This document shows, piece by piece, positions 8,186 to 17,720 of a stretch of DNA of 64,000 nt. The notes beneath the pieces are model-generated. The model was not told the origin of the DNA. It saw nothing but the letters and a program-made list of their open reading frames with translations, and did no database searches. Position 1 is the first letter of the stretch, and every line of letters begins with the position of its first letter. The DNA is from Candidatus Omnitrophota bacterium (GTDB taxonomy: Bacteria > Omnitrophota > Gorgyraeia > Zapsychrales > Fredricksoniimonadaceae): positions 12,339 to 76,338 of the forward strand of contig CAJARJ010000001.1 of NCBI GenBank assembly GCA_903944345.1. The letters run 5' to 3'. Both the position numbers and the translations under genes were made by a program.

Positions 8186-10573
8186 TCAGGGCCGCCCGTT
8201 TGGGAATTCGCCAAAAAACTCGGCGGCATCCAGAACTCGTATAGACCCAATAACCGGAACAAAACCAGCCGAACCTTCTGCCTGTACTGATAGCCCAGTC
8301 GAATAAAGAATATTTGCTCCTGTTTTGGAATCAGACTTATCCGAATCCATTACAACCTCCGTCAGATCAATCCCGCCTTTCGCCGCTTCAGAACTATCCC
8401 GGGCCGTCAAAGAATAACCTGTCGTCAGCAAAGAAAAAGCGGGAGCATTGCTATTGATGTTCAAAAGCAATCCGCCCGTCGCTCCCCAATACTGCGAGAC
8501 TGACACTCCCGTCGTCGGGATTATCCCGGCAGAACTTACGGGCGGATGAACATCCGGTGAAGAAAGTGTCAAGGCTGCGGGAACCTTTCCGGAAAACTGC
8601 CAGAAACTTGTCTCCTTCAGCACCTTGAGCGTCCGTATCGCAAAATGAAAAGACGATGAATTATTGATTGCCACGTCTCCCGCGGGAACAAGAACTCTCA
8701 AATTTGAACCGTATCTCTGCCGAGCGTTTTCCAGCCGGCCTGGACGGATTGAAGAAATGAGCTGCGACTGTTCGTTAGCCCCTGCGTCCAGCAGAATCGA
8801 CGGCAGGTTTAACAACCTCTTTTGGTGCTCCCGAGCTTCATCCAAGGAAATATCTGTCTCCAGATTGGAAAGATTAATCCATTTCAGAATTGTGCCCTTA
8901 AGACGCAACAGGACTGCAATCTGCTTCATAGCCGCGACATTCAAGATGTCAACATGCGCCACAATCACCCTATCCGAAGCGATAAGCGTCTTGAGGGCCC
9001 GGAATTGTTGCTCGTCTATTGCCCACAGCAAAGGAGTCCTCCCTCTGTAACGATACCCATCCTTAATGTAGGATTCAAAGCCGCCATCGCCAAACCTGAC
9101 TGGATCTGCCTCCACGAGCACTTTGCGAACAGCCGCAAGCAACCCGCCAAAATCCTCGGAGTGCTCCACCAAACGTAAAAGTTCAAAAGTCACGCGAGCC
9201 ACCTTGCTGTCAATATCAAGAATGACTATCAGGTCTGCCTCTCTTTCCAGCGCAATATCTATATTGTGAAACGAGCCTATGCCCAGATAGCCTCCGCCTT
9301 TCTCCCCAAAGCCATCAAGCCCTGCCAATAAATAATTAATATCCTCGTTCGACATCATCCATCCCTCCGAGCGGATGCTGATACCGGAATCAATCCACCT
9401 GACTCCTGGCTGCATGGCCATATCCACCTCAAGAAGAACGCCTTCTGCAGCCACCAAATTCGGCACAGAAACAAGATTGGATTCAACTATCTTCATAAGT
9501 GAGCTGACCTGGAAATGGGCTCCGCCAGCGAAATATTTCCGTGATATCAGCCCGGACAAAACATCCTCCTCTTCCCGGACCAACACGCTGACTCCCTGGC
9601 TGAATGTTTTCAGATAACGTTCCCAAATCTTCCGAGCTTCGCCGAAATCACTAATCTGAACCCCCGAAGTTTTGTTACGATCAACGTAGGCCATTGAAAA
9701 AACTGAGTGGCGCATCTTTTTCTTGTACCAGGCAGCCAGAATAAGGGATTGATAAATCTGACGAAGTTGCGAAAAATTCCGGCCCTCGTTGACTTCTTGT
9801 TCCAGAACAGGAATAACGATTTCGCGCAGGACAGATATGGCAATCTCGTTCTCTCTCTGGTCAGGTACCAGCTTATTTCCCTGGTCCGATTTCACACTTA
9901 ACCCTGGTGGGGTCGGCAAAGCGTTGTTCGATGTTGCCAGATAATCCGTCTCCAACTTAACCTTCAGGCGCGAATCCGTGATATAAACTGCGCCGACTTT
10001 AGCATTCTCGTAAACTACAACTTTATCCGGGACAATCCACACCTTGTTGAACGTATTAATAGGGATATCTGTTGTGCCATACCTTTCCTGCGCCAAAGCG
10101 TACACTCTCTGCCAGAATTTCTGACCATTCTCTCCTTGAGGAGATAACAATAACGCTGTGATCTGCTTGAGAACATAGTCCTGCGCCAGAAGGTCTCGAC
10201 CCATTTCGGTCTGCCCGAAAGCTTCGGGGATGATACGGTCTTTTTCATACGGCGAAAGGTTGACCCATAAGTCTTTCTCTGGAATGGTCAAGCTGGCCAG
10301 AAAATATTTGACCAATTTTTCGGATTCTTTTTTCAGGAGACCCTGCTCCCTGATTGACTGCAGAGTTTGCTCCCCAGGATCCAAAATAAAGTCAAATCTG
10401 AGCGGATCGTTAGGATAAACTTTAAGTCCTTTAAGGACAGGAGGATTAAACGCTGCACTCAAGGGCAACATCTGCCCCGAATCTGATGACGGAAACTGAG
10501 CCGAAACCGGACTTTCAATCTGAACAATAAAAACAGAAAGAAAAACCGAAGACAGGAATTTACGTATAAGCAT
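8186..10573 (-). CDS. Secreted modular protein, paralog 2: conserved N-domain + Rossmann/methyltransferase-like cargo + GGIDL motif
   Basis: Signal peptide; LWVNLSPYEKDRIIPEAFGQTEMGRDLLAQDY; cargo GGYLGIGS..ILDID..INLSNLE; GGIDL..GFVPVIGSI. Confidence 0.85.
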   Translation of the reverse strand: MLIRKFLSSVFLSVFIVQIESPVSAQFPSSDSGQMLPLSAAFNPPVLKGLKVYPNDPLRFDFILDPGEQTLQSIREQGLLKKESEKLVKYFLASLTIPEKDLWVNLSPYEKDRIIPEAFGQTEMGRDLLAQDYVLKQITALLLSPQGENGQKFWQRVYALAQERYGTTDIPINTFNKVWIVPDKVVVYENAKVGAVYITDSRLKVKLETDYLATSNNALPTPPGLSVKSDQGNKLVPDQRENEIAISVLREIVIPVLEQEVNEGRNFSQLRQIYQSLILAAWYKKKMRHSVFSMAYVDRNKTSGVQISDFGEARKIWERYLKTFSQGVSVLVREEEDVLSGLISRKYFAGGAHFQVSSLMKIVESNLVSVPNLVAAEGVLLEVDMAMQPGVRWIDSGISIRSEGWMMSNEDINYLLAGLDGFGEKGGGYLGIGSFHNIDIALEREADLIVILDIDSKVARVTFELLRLVEHSEDFGGLLAAVRKVLVEADPVRFGDGGFESYIKDGYRYRGRTPLLWAIDEQQFRALKTLIASDRVIVAHVDILNVAAMKQIAVLLRLKGTILKWINLSNLETDISLDEAREHQKRLLNLPSILLDAGANEQSQLISSIRPGRLENARQRYGSNLRVLVPAGDVAINNSSSFHFAIRTLKVLKETSFWQFSGKVPAALTLSSPDVHPPVSSAGIIPTTGVSVSQYWGATGGLLLNINSNAPAFSLLTTGYSLTARDSSEAAKGGIDLTEVVMDSDKSDSKTGANILYSTGLSVQAEGSAGFVPVIGSIRVLDAAEFFGEFPNGRP

Positions 10574-10689
10574 AAGAAAAATATATACGTAAAGAACGTA
10601 ATCGGCAAATAAACAAAGGATCTACTACCAAAATATCCAGTTGATATATACTTACTGCCGCCCCCTTCTTTAACTTATATGCAAATAAT

Positions 10690-10718
10690 TTGACATTTAA
10701 TCTAAACAATGCTAATCT
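10690..10718 (+). promoter_or_regulatory. Sigma70 promoter upstream of comM
   Basis: TTGACA-17 bp-TAATCT, with extended -10 TGn. Confidence 0.55.
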
Positions 10719-10766
10719 TCAGTCCCCCTTTTGAATTCTTCCTGCAATTTGATAAAAGGATCTTCC

Positions 10767-12287
10767 ATGCTCGCCAAAACTTTCAGCTTTGGACTCAACG
10801 GACTGGACGCGTCCCTCATCACAATCGAAGCCGACAGCGGCCGTGGACTACCTTGCATGTCGGTAGTTGGCCTGCCCGACAGCGCCGTCAAGGAAAGCCG
10901 TGACCGCGTCCGTGCCGCCATTCGCAACTCCGGATTGGCCTGGCCTCAGGGGAGAGTCACCATCAATCTGGCTCCGGCCGACACCCGAAAGGAAGGCCCC
11001 TCCTTTGACCTGGCTATTGCTCTGGCCGTACTCGGCGCAGATGAAAAAATAGCTTTGGAAAATCTGGAACGTTTTGCTTTTCTGGGCGAGCTTTCCCTGA
11101 GCGGCAGCATCAAACCCGTTACAGGTGTTATCTCTGCCGCCATAGCAGCATCTTCGACCCCGGGGCTGCAAGGACTAATCGTTCCTGCAGAGAATGCCGC
11201 AGAAGCCGCCCTGGTCGCCGCCATTCCTGTATTCGGCTTCAGAAACATTAATGATGTTGTCCTGTTCCTCTCCAATCCCGCGAAAGGGATCCCTCAGGAT
11301 TGTCCGGAGCCATTGTCTCCTGTGCACGACAACACGCCGGATATGTCCGAAATCAAGGGACAACACCGCGCACGCCGCGCGCTTGAAGTGGCTGCCGCCG
11401 GCGGACACAATATTCTGCTTATCGGGCCGCCCGGAGGCGGGAAAACGATGCTGGCCCGCCGTTTCGCCGGCATTCTTCCGGCCATGACCCGTAGAGAATT
11501 ACTGGAAACAACCCGCATCCGCTCTGTTTGCGGCCTTCTGCGCCCCGGATCCATCCTGCAGGAGTCCCGGCCTTTTCGTTCACCTCACCACACCAGCTCG
11601 CATATTGCCCTGATCGGAGGCGGAAGCAGCCCCCGCCCCGGAGAAATCACCCTTGCTCACAATGGAGTATTGTTTCTTGATGAGCTGCCGGAGTTTTCGC
11701 GCGCTGCTCTGGAAGCCCTGCGCCAGCCCCTCGAGGAAGGGGTAGTGCACGTTTCCCGGGCCGCGCGCGCCGTGCATTTCCCCGCGCAATTTCTACTAAT
11801 AGGTGCTATGAACCCCTGTCCTTGCGGACGCGGCGGCGACCGGCAGAATTCCTGCCGTTGCAACGATGAAAACATCCGCCGTTATCTGCACAAAATATCA
11901 GGCCCTCTCATGGAAAGAATTGATTTGCACCTGCGTCTACCCGGACTAACGTCCGCAGAACTGATCGATCTGCCGTCGGGCGAAGCTTCCACCTGCATTC
12001 GCCAACGCGTCGAACAAGCCCGTTTGCTGCAGTACGCCAGACAGCATAAAACAGAAGCCATGTGCAATGCGCAACTCCCCCCTCAGAAAATAAAAGAATA
12101 CTGTTCGCTGGACAAAGAATGTCGCAATCTTCTTAAGGATGCGGTTGACAGCCTCGGACTTTCGGCCCGGGCACACGACAAGATTCTTAAAGTCGCCAGG
12201 ACAATAAGCGATCTGGCAGGAACAAGAAACATTCAAACCGAACACCTGGCAGAAGCCATCAGTTACCGGATACTCGACAGATCATAG
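10767..12287 (+). CDS. comM: YifB/ComM Mg-chelatase-like AAA+ ATPase
   Basis: VGLPDSAVKESRDRV, GPPGGGKTML, PFRSPHH, AHNGVLFLDELPEF, MNPCPCG, LSARAHDKILKVARTISDL. Confidence 0.93.
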   Translation: MLAKTFSFGLNGLDASLITIEADSGRGLPCMSVVGLPDSAVKESRDRVRAAIRNSGLAWPQGRVTINLAPADTRKEGPSFDLAIALAVLGADEKIALENLERFAFLGELSLSGSIKPVTGVISAAIAASSTPGLQGLIVPAENAAEAALVAAIPVFGFRNINDVVLFLSNPAKGIPQDCPEPLSPVHDNTPDMSEIKGQHRARRALEVAAAGGHNILLIGPPGGGKTMLARRFAGILPAMTRRELLETTRIRSVCGLLRPGSILQESRPFRSPHHTSSHIALIGGGSSPRPGEITLAHNGVLFLDELPEFSRAALEALRQPLEEGVVHVSRAARAVHFPAQFLLIGAMNPCPCGRGGDRQNSCRCNDENIRRYLHKISGPLMERIDLHLRLPGLTSAELIDLPSGEASTCIRQRVEQARLLQYARQHKTEAMCNAQLPPQKIKEYCSLDKECRNLLKDAVDSLGLSARAHDKILKVARTISDLAGTRNIQTEHLAEAISYRILDRS

Positions 12288-12330
12288 AACCAGGAAAAAT
12301 CCAGAATAACCATTCAGTTTCTTGTATCCG

Positions 12331-14190
12331 TCACTTCAGGTAAATCTGAAGAATTTTCAAAATCTCGCCAGTATTCTTATCGGTCAGCATAATATAAAAC
12401 GGCAAATCCGGGCAAAGACGCTCATTCCCCTGAAGTCTCAGATAAATATTTTCCCTAAAGACATCCCCTGATCGCCAAAAACGCGCCGGATAAGCACGAT
12501 ACAACAACGGGACTGAAACCATTCTGGCTGCCCCCTTGTTCCAGTCCCCAATCCAAAAGAAACGCTTCATGTCCCGCTCTGGATTCCCGGTCACAACCCA
12601 GAACAATTCCAGATGCTGCCGCCCTTCATCAAAGCGTTGGGACTTGCGCACCTGCAGCGACACCCCGGGCAAGATCTGCACCTGAGTATAAGGTCCTGCT
12701 GCGGACTCTTGCGGCAACTTCTCCCAGAGAGGAAAAATCTCTCCTTGCCGACCTTTTCTGAAAAGAACCACCGAGTCCCAGACCTCATGGCTGCTCCAGT
12801 CTTGCATAAAAAGAAACAAGCGACTGTTAAGCTCGTCGAAAGCTGGATCCCAGGAAAGAAAAGTGTCATCAAAATCAATCAACGCCTGCTCTGTATTATC
12901 CGGCAACTCGAACGGACGCAACGAAAACGTATACGTCCCATCAAGCACATGATGAAAAGAATACAACTCCCTGCGTTCGGCCGCATGAGAAAGAAAAGAG
13001 AAACTGGTTAGAAGAGGCTGACTATTATCTACCCGACCCATAACCTCGGACATAAGCTGCTTCTTTTGCGGTTGCCGCAGAGCTTCCAGAACACGGGACA
13101 CCTCCATCCGCGGTCCCAGAACCCACGAGGTTGCAGTCAGCAAGAAAACCACAGCAAGTGTCACCTTTATCCGGACAAACCGAGCCAGCCTTGGTGCGCC
13201 CAGAATCAGAGCAAAAATCAGGAAAGGCAACATCTCCGCCGTATAATGAAATTCGAGAACAAGCTCCGCACTGCGCCCGGACAACATATGCTGAAGAAAG
13301 AGCGGTAGAACGGGAATCAACCCCCTGCTCCCCAGAAAGGGTATGAAACATAATGGCCAGAACAAGGAAAACAGATAAACGAGCCTTTCCTTGCCCAGAA
13401 GCATTGCCACGACCTCCCATGGTCTGGTCAGGAAAGACCAGAAAACCTCATTGGGACTTGTTCCCCACCGGGCATAAATGGAAAAAAGATTGATCCTGTC
13501 TCCCGCAAGAGATGGCAGAACCCAATAAATGCAAACAAAAAAATAAACCAATCCCGAAAGAAACGGAATCAACACCCATTTCCAACCCCTTCTGTCCACC
13601 AGGGATAACACGCCTGTAAACATGACCACCAGGGCAATATTCTCCTGGCACAACATCCCCATCCCCGCCCAAAACATGGTTCTGTTAAAATCATGGCGGA
13701 CATAGAAATAAAGCATCCAGGCCAGAAAAAGCGCGGCAAAACATGTCGGGTGGAATTCATAAAGATTGGAATACCATAATCCGGGGTACAGCAAATAAAC
13801 AAAAAGAATCCAGCGGGCCGAAACCGTGTCCAGAAAATATCTTGCAGTCAGAAAAACTGGAACAGCACTCAACGCAAACGCAACCGTCTGCAAAACAAGC
13901 AAGGATTGCGCAACAGGGGAAAAAGGGACAAAAGGCAGTACAAGCAGGTTGATCAGATGAACATGATTGCCCAGGTAACCCGTCCCCAGAACAGAGCTTG
14001 TCCAGTCTCCCTGGGCAATATTCCACAGCGCCTGGGCGTGAACAGCAAGATCAAAGTCTCCATAAAGAAAATATTCGTACTTGAGCAAAACAAGTCCGAC
14101 CATCACTAGACTGTAAAAAAAAACCGGCGCCCACGGCCAGAGAACCATTCTGACTGCCGACAAATGTTTTAAAACGTCCTGGCGGATCAT
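12331..14190 (-). CDS. DUF2079-like multi-pass membrane protein (GT-C-like)
   Basis: FDLAVHAQALWN..LGNH, YEFHP, FHYTA motifs and many transmembrane segments. Confidence 0.75.
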   Translation of the reverse strand: MIRQDVLKHLSAVRMVLWPWAPVFFYSLVMVGLVLLKYEYFLYGDFDLAVHAQALWNIAQGDWTSSVLGTGYLGNHVHLINLLVLPFVPFSPVAQSLLVLQTVAFALSAVPVFLTARYFLDTVSARWILFVYLLYPGLWYSNLYEFHPTCFAALFLAWMLYFYVRHDFNRTMFWAGMGMLCQENIALVVMFTGVLSLVDRRGWKWVLIPFLSGLVYFFVCIYWVLPSLAGDRINLFSIYARWGTSPNEVFWSFLTRPWEVVAMLLGKERLVYLFSLFWPLCFIPFLGSRGLIPVLPLFLQHMLSGRSAELVLEFHYTAEMLPFLIFALILGAPRLARFVRIKVTLAVVFLLTATSWVLGPRMEVSRVLEALRQPQKKQLMSEVMGRVDNSQPLLTSFSFLSHAAERRELYSFHHVLDGTYTFSLRPFELPDNTEQALIDFDDTFLSWDPAFDELNSRLFLFMQDWSSHEVWDSVVLFRKGRQGEIFPLWEKLPQESAAGPYTQVQILPGVSLQVRKSQRFDEGRQHLELFWVVTGNPERDMKRFFWIGDWNKGAARMVSVPLLYRAYPARFWRSGDVFRENIYLRLQGNERLCPDLPFYIMLTDKNTGEILKILQIYLK

Positions 14191-14213
14191 AGCTTTACTT
14201 TAATAAATATTTT

Positions 14214-14633
14214 TTACGCCAGGGCGATATTAAAAATATCATGCCGACCCACAACTCCGACCAATATCTTGCCATCAAAAACAGGAATGGTCACTGCCCC
14301 TTTTTTGTGCAACAAGGCCAACGCTTTAAGAGCACTGTCATCTTTCTGGAGGCTTGGATAAACCGGGTCAATAAATTCGCTGACCGGACGCTCGGCAACC
14401 ACGTTCAGGGCCTGGATCTTCTGTCCTCCTTTATCCATTACATCCCCGATAATATCCATCAGGTCTTCGGTGGTAAATATCCCCAGAAGCCCCTCAGGAG
14501 ACTGTGGATCAACCACCAATACCCCATTAATCCGGTAGCGTAACAACAAGTGTGCGGTGTTTCTGATAGAAACATCCGGACGAACCTTAATTGGATGATC
14601 ATTCATGATATCCGCAACCGGTAAATTAAGCAT
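14214..14633 (-). CDS. CBS domain pair protein
   Basis: VADIM..P, GVLVVD..LLGIFTTEDL, IPVFDGKILVGVVGRHDI. Confidence 0.85.
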   Translation of the reverse strand: MLNLPVADIMNDHPIKVRPDVSIRNTAHLLLRYRINGVLVVDPQSPEGLLGIFTTEDLMDIIGDVMDKGGQKIQALNVVAERPVSEFIDPVYPSLQKDDSALKALALLHKKGAVTIPVFDGKILVGVVGRHDIFNIALA

Positions 14634-14751
14634 ATCCCTCCTTGACCCAAAGTCTCTCCCAGAATTATTTTTAAACAGCCCCCTTTAAAAATATCAAGTA
14701 ATAGCTTATACTTTAACCGGATTGGCAGGACTGTCAACTCTAAGGATATAT

Positions 14752-16293
14752 ATGATAAACAAACGACATGGTCAGTCAGTTGTTGAGTATTCTATCCTGA
14801 TCATGCTTGTCGTGATCAGTATTGTTATCGGCGGCCCATTTCTCAGAAGATCAGTTCAGGCTTTTCTCAGAACACAATCCCAGGCAGTAAAAGACGCAGA
14901 CCGCGAGAACATCCGCCAGAGTGGCAACATCCCTCCAACTCCTCCCTGCACCTGTAGCGGATGGACGGACGGCGGCTGCGGAGCCGGCATTTGTGACGAA
15001 ACCCAACGCTACTCATCACGAATCTGCACTCCCCTGGCCTGTGAACGCGAATATGCCTGTACTAGCGACGCATCCTGCTGTACCACAGGTTACAAATTTG
15101 TCGACTGCGGTTCTATTGTGGATTATTCCGCTTACGAATATCTGGAATGCCCGTGGCGCGCTAGCGTAGACCCCCAATTGTCGGCTGCAGCCTCAGCTGT
15201 CGGCCAGGCCTCCTGGGGCACATGCATGACTGCCCAAGGCGCTGACACCTTGCTTTGCGCGATTGGAGAGGCTCGCATAACGTTGCGTTGCGGCAGTGAT
15301 AACGGCAGCACCATGGTTTACGCCTGCGTTGATCAACCCGCCTGCCGTCCTGCCTGCTGGAACATAAAAGACGAAACCTCCGAACCGTCTCCCGGCTCCC
15401 AGGCCTGTCCGGCCTCCGAAGAGTATAGCCGCGGAATGATCCTGACACAGGAAGTCGCCTACCGGAAACACGGGGGGGCTCCCAGCAACACTGATATGCC
15501 CACGCGGGAACTCAAACTTTTCAAATATGAAAGTACTGACCTGTCTCCCCAGTATAATGGCGATAGCGCCTTGCGCGGCGCATGGCAAATCCCCTGGGCC
15601 TATGTTGACAGCGAAGAAGACTGCACACACGGACCAACATATTGGCCACGCGGGTGCACACGTTTTTGCACGAACGGCTATGTCCCCGGAGTAACCGCCG
15701 ACACCTGTGAGCCACCGTCCTGCGACACCAATCGCGTGCGGACAAATACAACTTATACCGGAACAGCGCCGGCTTCAGCCACCTCGCCGCTCTCTGCAAC
15801 CGGAATTGTCGAAAAAACAGAAGAACTTTCTGCCCCGCTTGGTGCTACTCTGCCCGTCAAAGGCGGAACCGCCATCAACTATAAGAGCCCGTTAATACGA
15901 GTTCCTTCGATTTTTACTTTCGACGTTTGGGCGGAAGATCTCAACTTTTACGTTGCCTGCTTTAATGCCAGCGGAGAAATCGTTGAAGAATATTATTCGA
16001 ACCCCAAACCGGTTGAGTTCTTTGAATGCCCCTCGGCAAATGCCATTGAAATCAACGACCACAAGTACTGCTACCGGGACATCTCTGGGCAAGTGTATGT
16101 GGACACCGATGACCTGATCAACCACAACATCGACCAGGCTTCCTGCGGCTGCACCAACTGTGACAATCCTGCCACGGCAACATATTCGGCTAACCAGATT
16201 TTCATCCGTGTTTTTGAGGGCGGCATGAAAGGATCCAGTGCTTTGGGAGCCCGAGTCCGTTACAACGAATTCCGGCCCTTGACAGATCCTTGA
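14752..16293 (+). CDS. Cys-rich exported protein with Flp/Tad-type class III (prepilin) signal peptide
   Basis: MINKRHG|QSVVEYSILIMLVVISIV; many cysteines including a TSP1-like CSGWTDGGCG..RYSSRIC segment. Confidence 0.75.
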   Translation: MINKRHGQSVVEYSILIMLVVISIVIGGPFLRRSVQAFLRTQSQAVKDADRENIRQSGNIPPTPPCTCSGWTDGGCGAGICDETQRYSSRICTPLACEREYACTSDASCCTTGYKFVDCGSIVDYSAYEYLECPWRASVDPQLSAAASAVGQASWGTCMTAQGADTLLCAIGEARITLRCGSDNGSTMVYACVDQPACRPACWNIKDETSEPSPGSQACPASEEYSRGMILTQEVAYRKHGGAPSNTDMPTRELKLFKYESTDLSPQYNGDSALRGAWQIPWAYVDSEEDCTHGPTYWPRGCTRFCTNGYVPGVTADTCEPPSCDTNRVRTNTTYTGTAPASATSPLSATGIVEKTEELSAPLGATLPVKGGTAINYKSPLIRVPSIFTFDVWAEDLNFYVACFNASGEIVEEYYSNPKPVEFFECPSANAIEINDHKYCYRDISGQVYVDTDDLINHNIDQASCGCTNCDNPATATYSANQIFIRVFEGGMKGSSALGARVRYNEFRPLTDP

Positions 16294-16302
16294 TAGAAGA
16301 AG

Positions 16303-16680
16303 TTAGTTCGAAAAAAAACGGGTAAGCTTCATCAGCAACGACTCATTGTGAAAAGGCTTGGCCAGATAATCATCAGCACCGAGCTCCATCATCCGCTCCA
16401 TCTCCGCCGTATCCAGCACACCGGACACCACCAGAATCTTGATCGGATCGCTTATAGTTTCCCTGATAGACCGACATACATCATAGCCATCCATTCCAGG
16501 CATACGAATATCCAGTAAAACCAGATCAGGCTTGGAATCCGCGATCATCCGCAAAGCGGACAAGCCGTCATTGGCTGTCTCAACCACAAAATTGCCTATC
16601 ATATACAAAACCCTGCGCAATGAGGCACACATCTCAGGGTCATCATCAACAACCAGAATCCTTTTGGCAACCTTTGTCAT
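16303..16680 (-). CDS. Single-domain response regulator (receiver)
   Basis: ILVVDDD, LLDIRMPGMDG, DYLAKPF. Confidence 0.92.
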   Translation of the reverse strand: MTKVAKRILVVDDDPEMCASLRRVLYMIGNFVVETANDGLSALRMIADSKPDLVLLDIRMPGMDGYDVCRSIRETISDPIKILVVSGVLDTAEMERMMELGADDYLAKPFHNESLLMKLTRFFSN

Positions 16681-17033
16681 AAAACATCCTCTTTTTGTCC
16701 TGACTTAAGAAGAAAGAAACTGTAACAACGCAAGAAGTTCTCACACACTTCGGCGGGAGTATCCACCAGCTGGACTCCGGTGTGATAATACTTTTCCTTG
16801 GCCACAAAACCTGACCAAACCACTTCTGTACGAACCACCAAAAGAGGAAACTCCCTGACCTCAAGGGAAATATCAATCTTGTTCCCCGGCTCAAAAGGAG
16901 TTAACCCTGAGAAACACACGCCATGGCTGTTAATATCCACAATCCTGACCGACATGTCCCGCCCCGATACCAGCGGACGCGCCTGCGCCGGAAAATCAAC
17001 CTTGACCCTGCACCAATGACGTTTGTTAGACAT
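16677..17033 (-). CDS. PilZ domain protein
   Basis: KRHWCRV (RxxxR) and DINSHG (D/NxSxxG) motifs. Confidence 0.8.
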   Translation of the reverse strand: MSNKRHWCRVKVDFPAQARPLVSGRDMSVRIVDINSHGVCFSGLTPFEPGNKIDISLEVREFPLLVVRTEVVWSGFVAKEKYYHTGVQLVDTPAEVCENFLRCYSFFLLKSGQKEDVL

Positions 17034-17071
17034 TGTTCTCCTCTATTGTTCGCTGATCTGCAACAAAAAAT

Positions 17072-17716
17072 TTAACGAGCAAGCTTGGTCACAAGAAAAT
17101 AACTTCCGAACAAAAGAACCATGAACGCCAGTGAAAGGATATCAAAATATTTCTCGATAAACTTTTCGATCCTCGCACCAAACAAGCGCAGCAAGCCCGC
17201 GACCAGAAAGAAACGGCCCGCTCTTCCGAATACGGAAGCCACCAACAAGATCGGAAGCGATATTCGAAACAGGCCAGCAGCAATCGTAAAAACTTTATAA
17301 GGAATCGGGGTAAAAGCTGCCGTAAAAACCGCCCAGAAAGCATTATCCGCATAAAGTTTACGAACTGTTTCTACATGCGACCCCAGATGATATGTGGAAA
17401 CAATAATCTTGCCAAGCGTTTCAAAAAGAAAGAAACCGATAAAATACCCAAATAAAGCCCCCAGTACCGATCCGGTCGTGCAAATCAGTGCGTTGCGCCA
17501 CCACGCCCTTCGATCAGCAATGACCATTGCGATCAGAAGAACATCTGGAGGAATCGGAAAAAAAGAACTTTCAATAAAAGCGATGAAAAAAAGCGCCCAG
17601 GGTGCATGCCGGGTTTTGGCCCAATGAATCGTCCAGGTATATATTCCTCTCAACCAGGCCAATGGGCCCTTGCAAGAACAACCTGAGGTTTTCTGTGAGA
17701 ACATTCTTTCCCCCAT
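17072..17716 (-). CDS. YqaA/DedA (SNARE-associated) family membrane protein
   Basis: ESSFFPIPPDVLL, FTPIPYKVFTIAAG, GRAGRF. Confidence 0.9.
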   Translation of the reverse strand: MGERMFSQKTSGCSCKGPLAWLRGIYTWTIHWAKTRHAPWALFFIAFIESSFFPIPPDVLLIAMVIADRRAWWRNALICTTGSVLGALFGYFIGFFLFETLGKIIVSTYHLGSHVETVRKLYADNAFWAVFTAAFTPIPYKVFTIAAGLFRISLPILLVASVFGRAGRFFLVAGLLRLFGARIEKFIEKYFDILSLAFMVLLFGSYFLVTKLAR

Positions 17717-17720
17717 AAAA

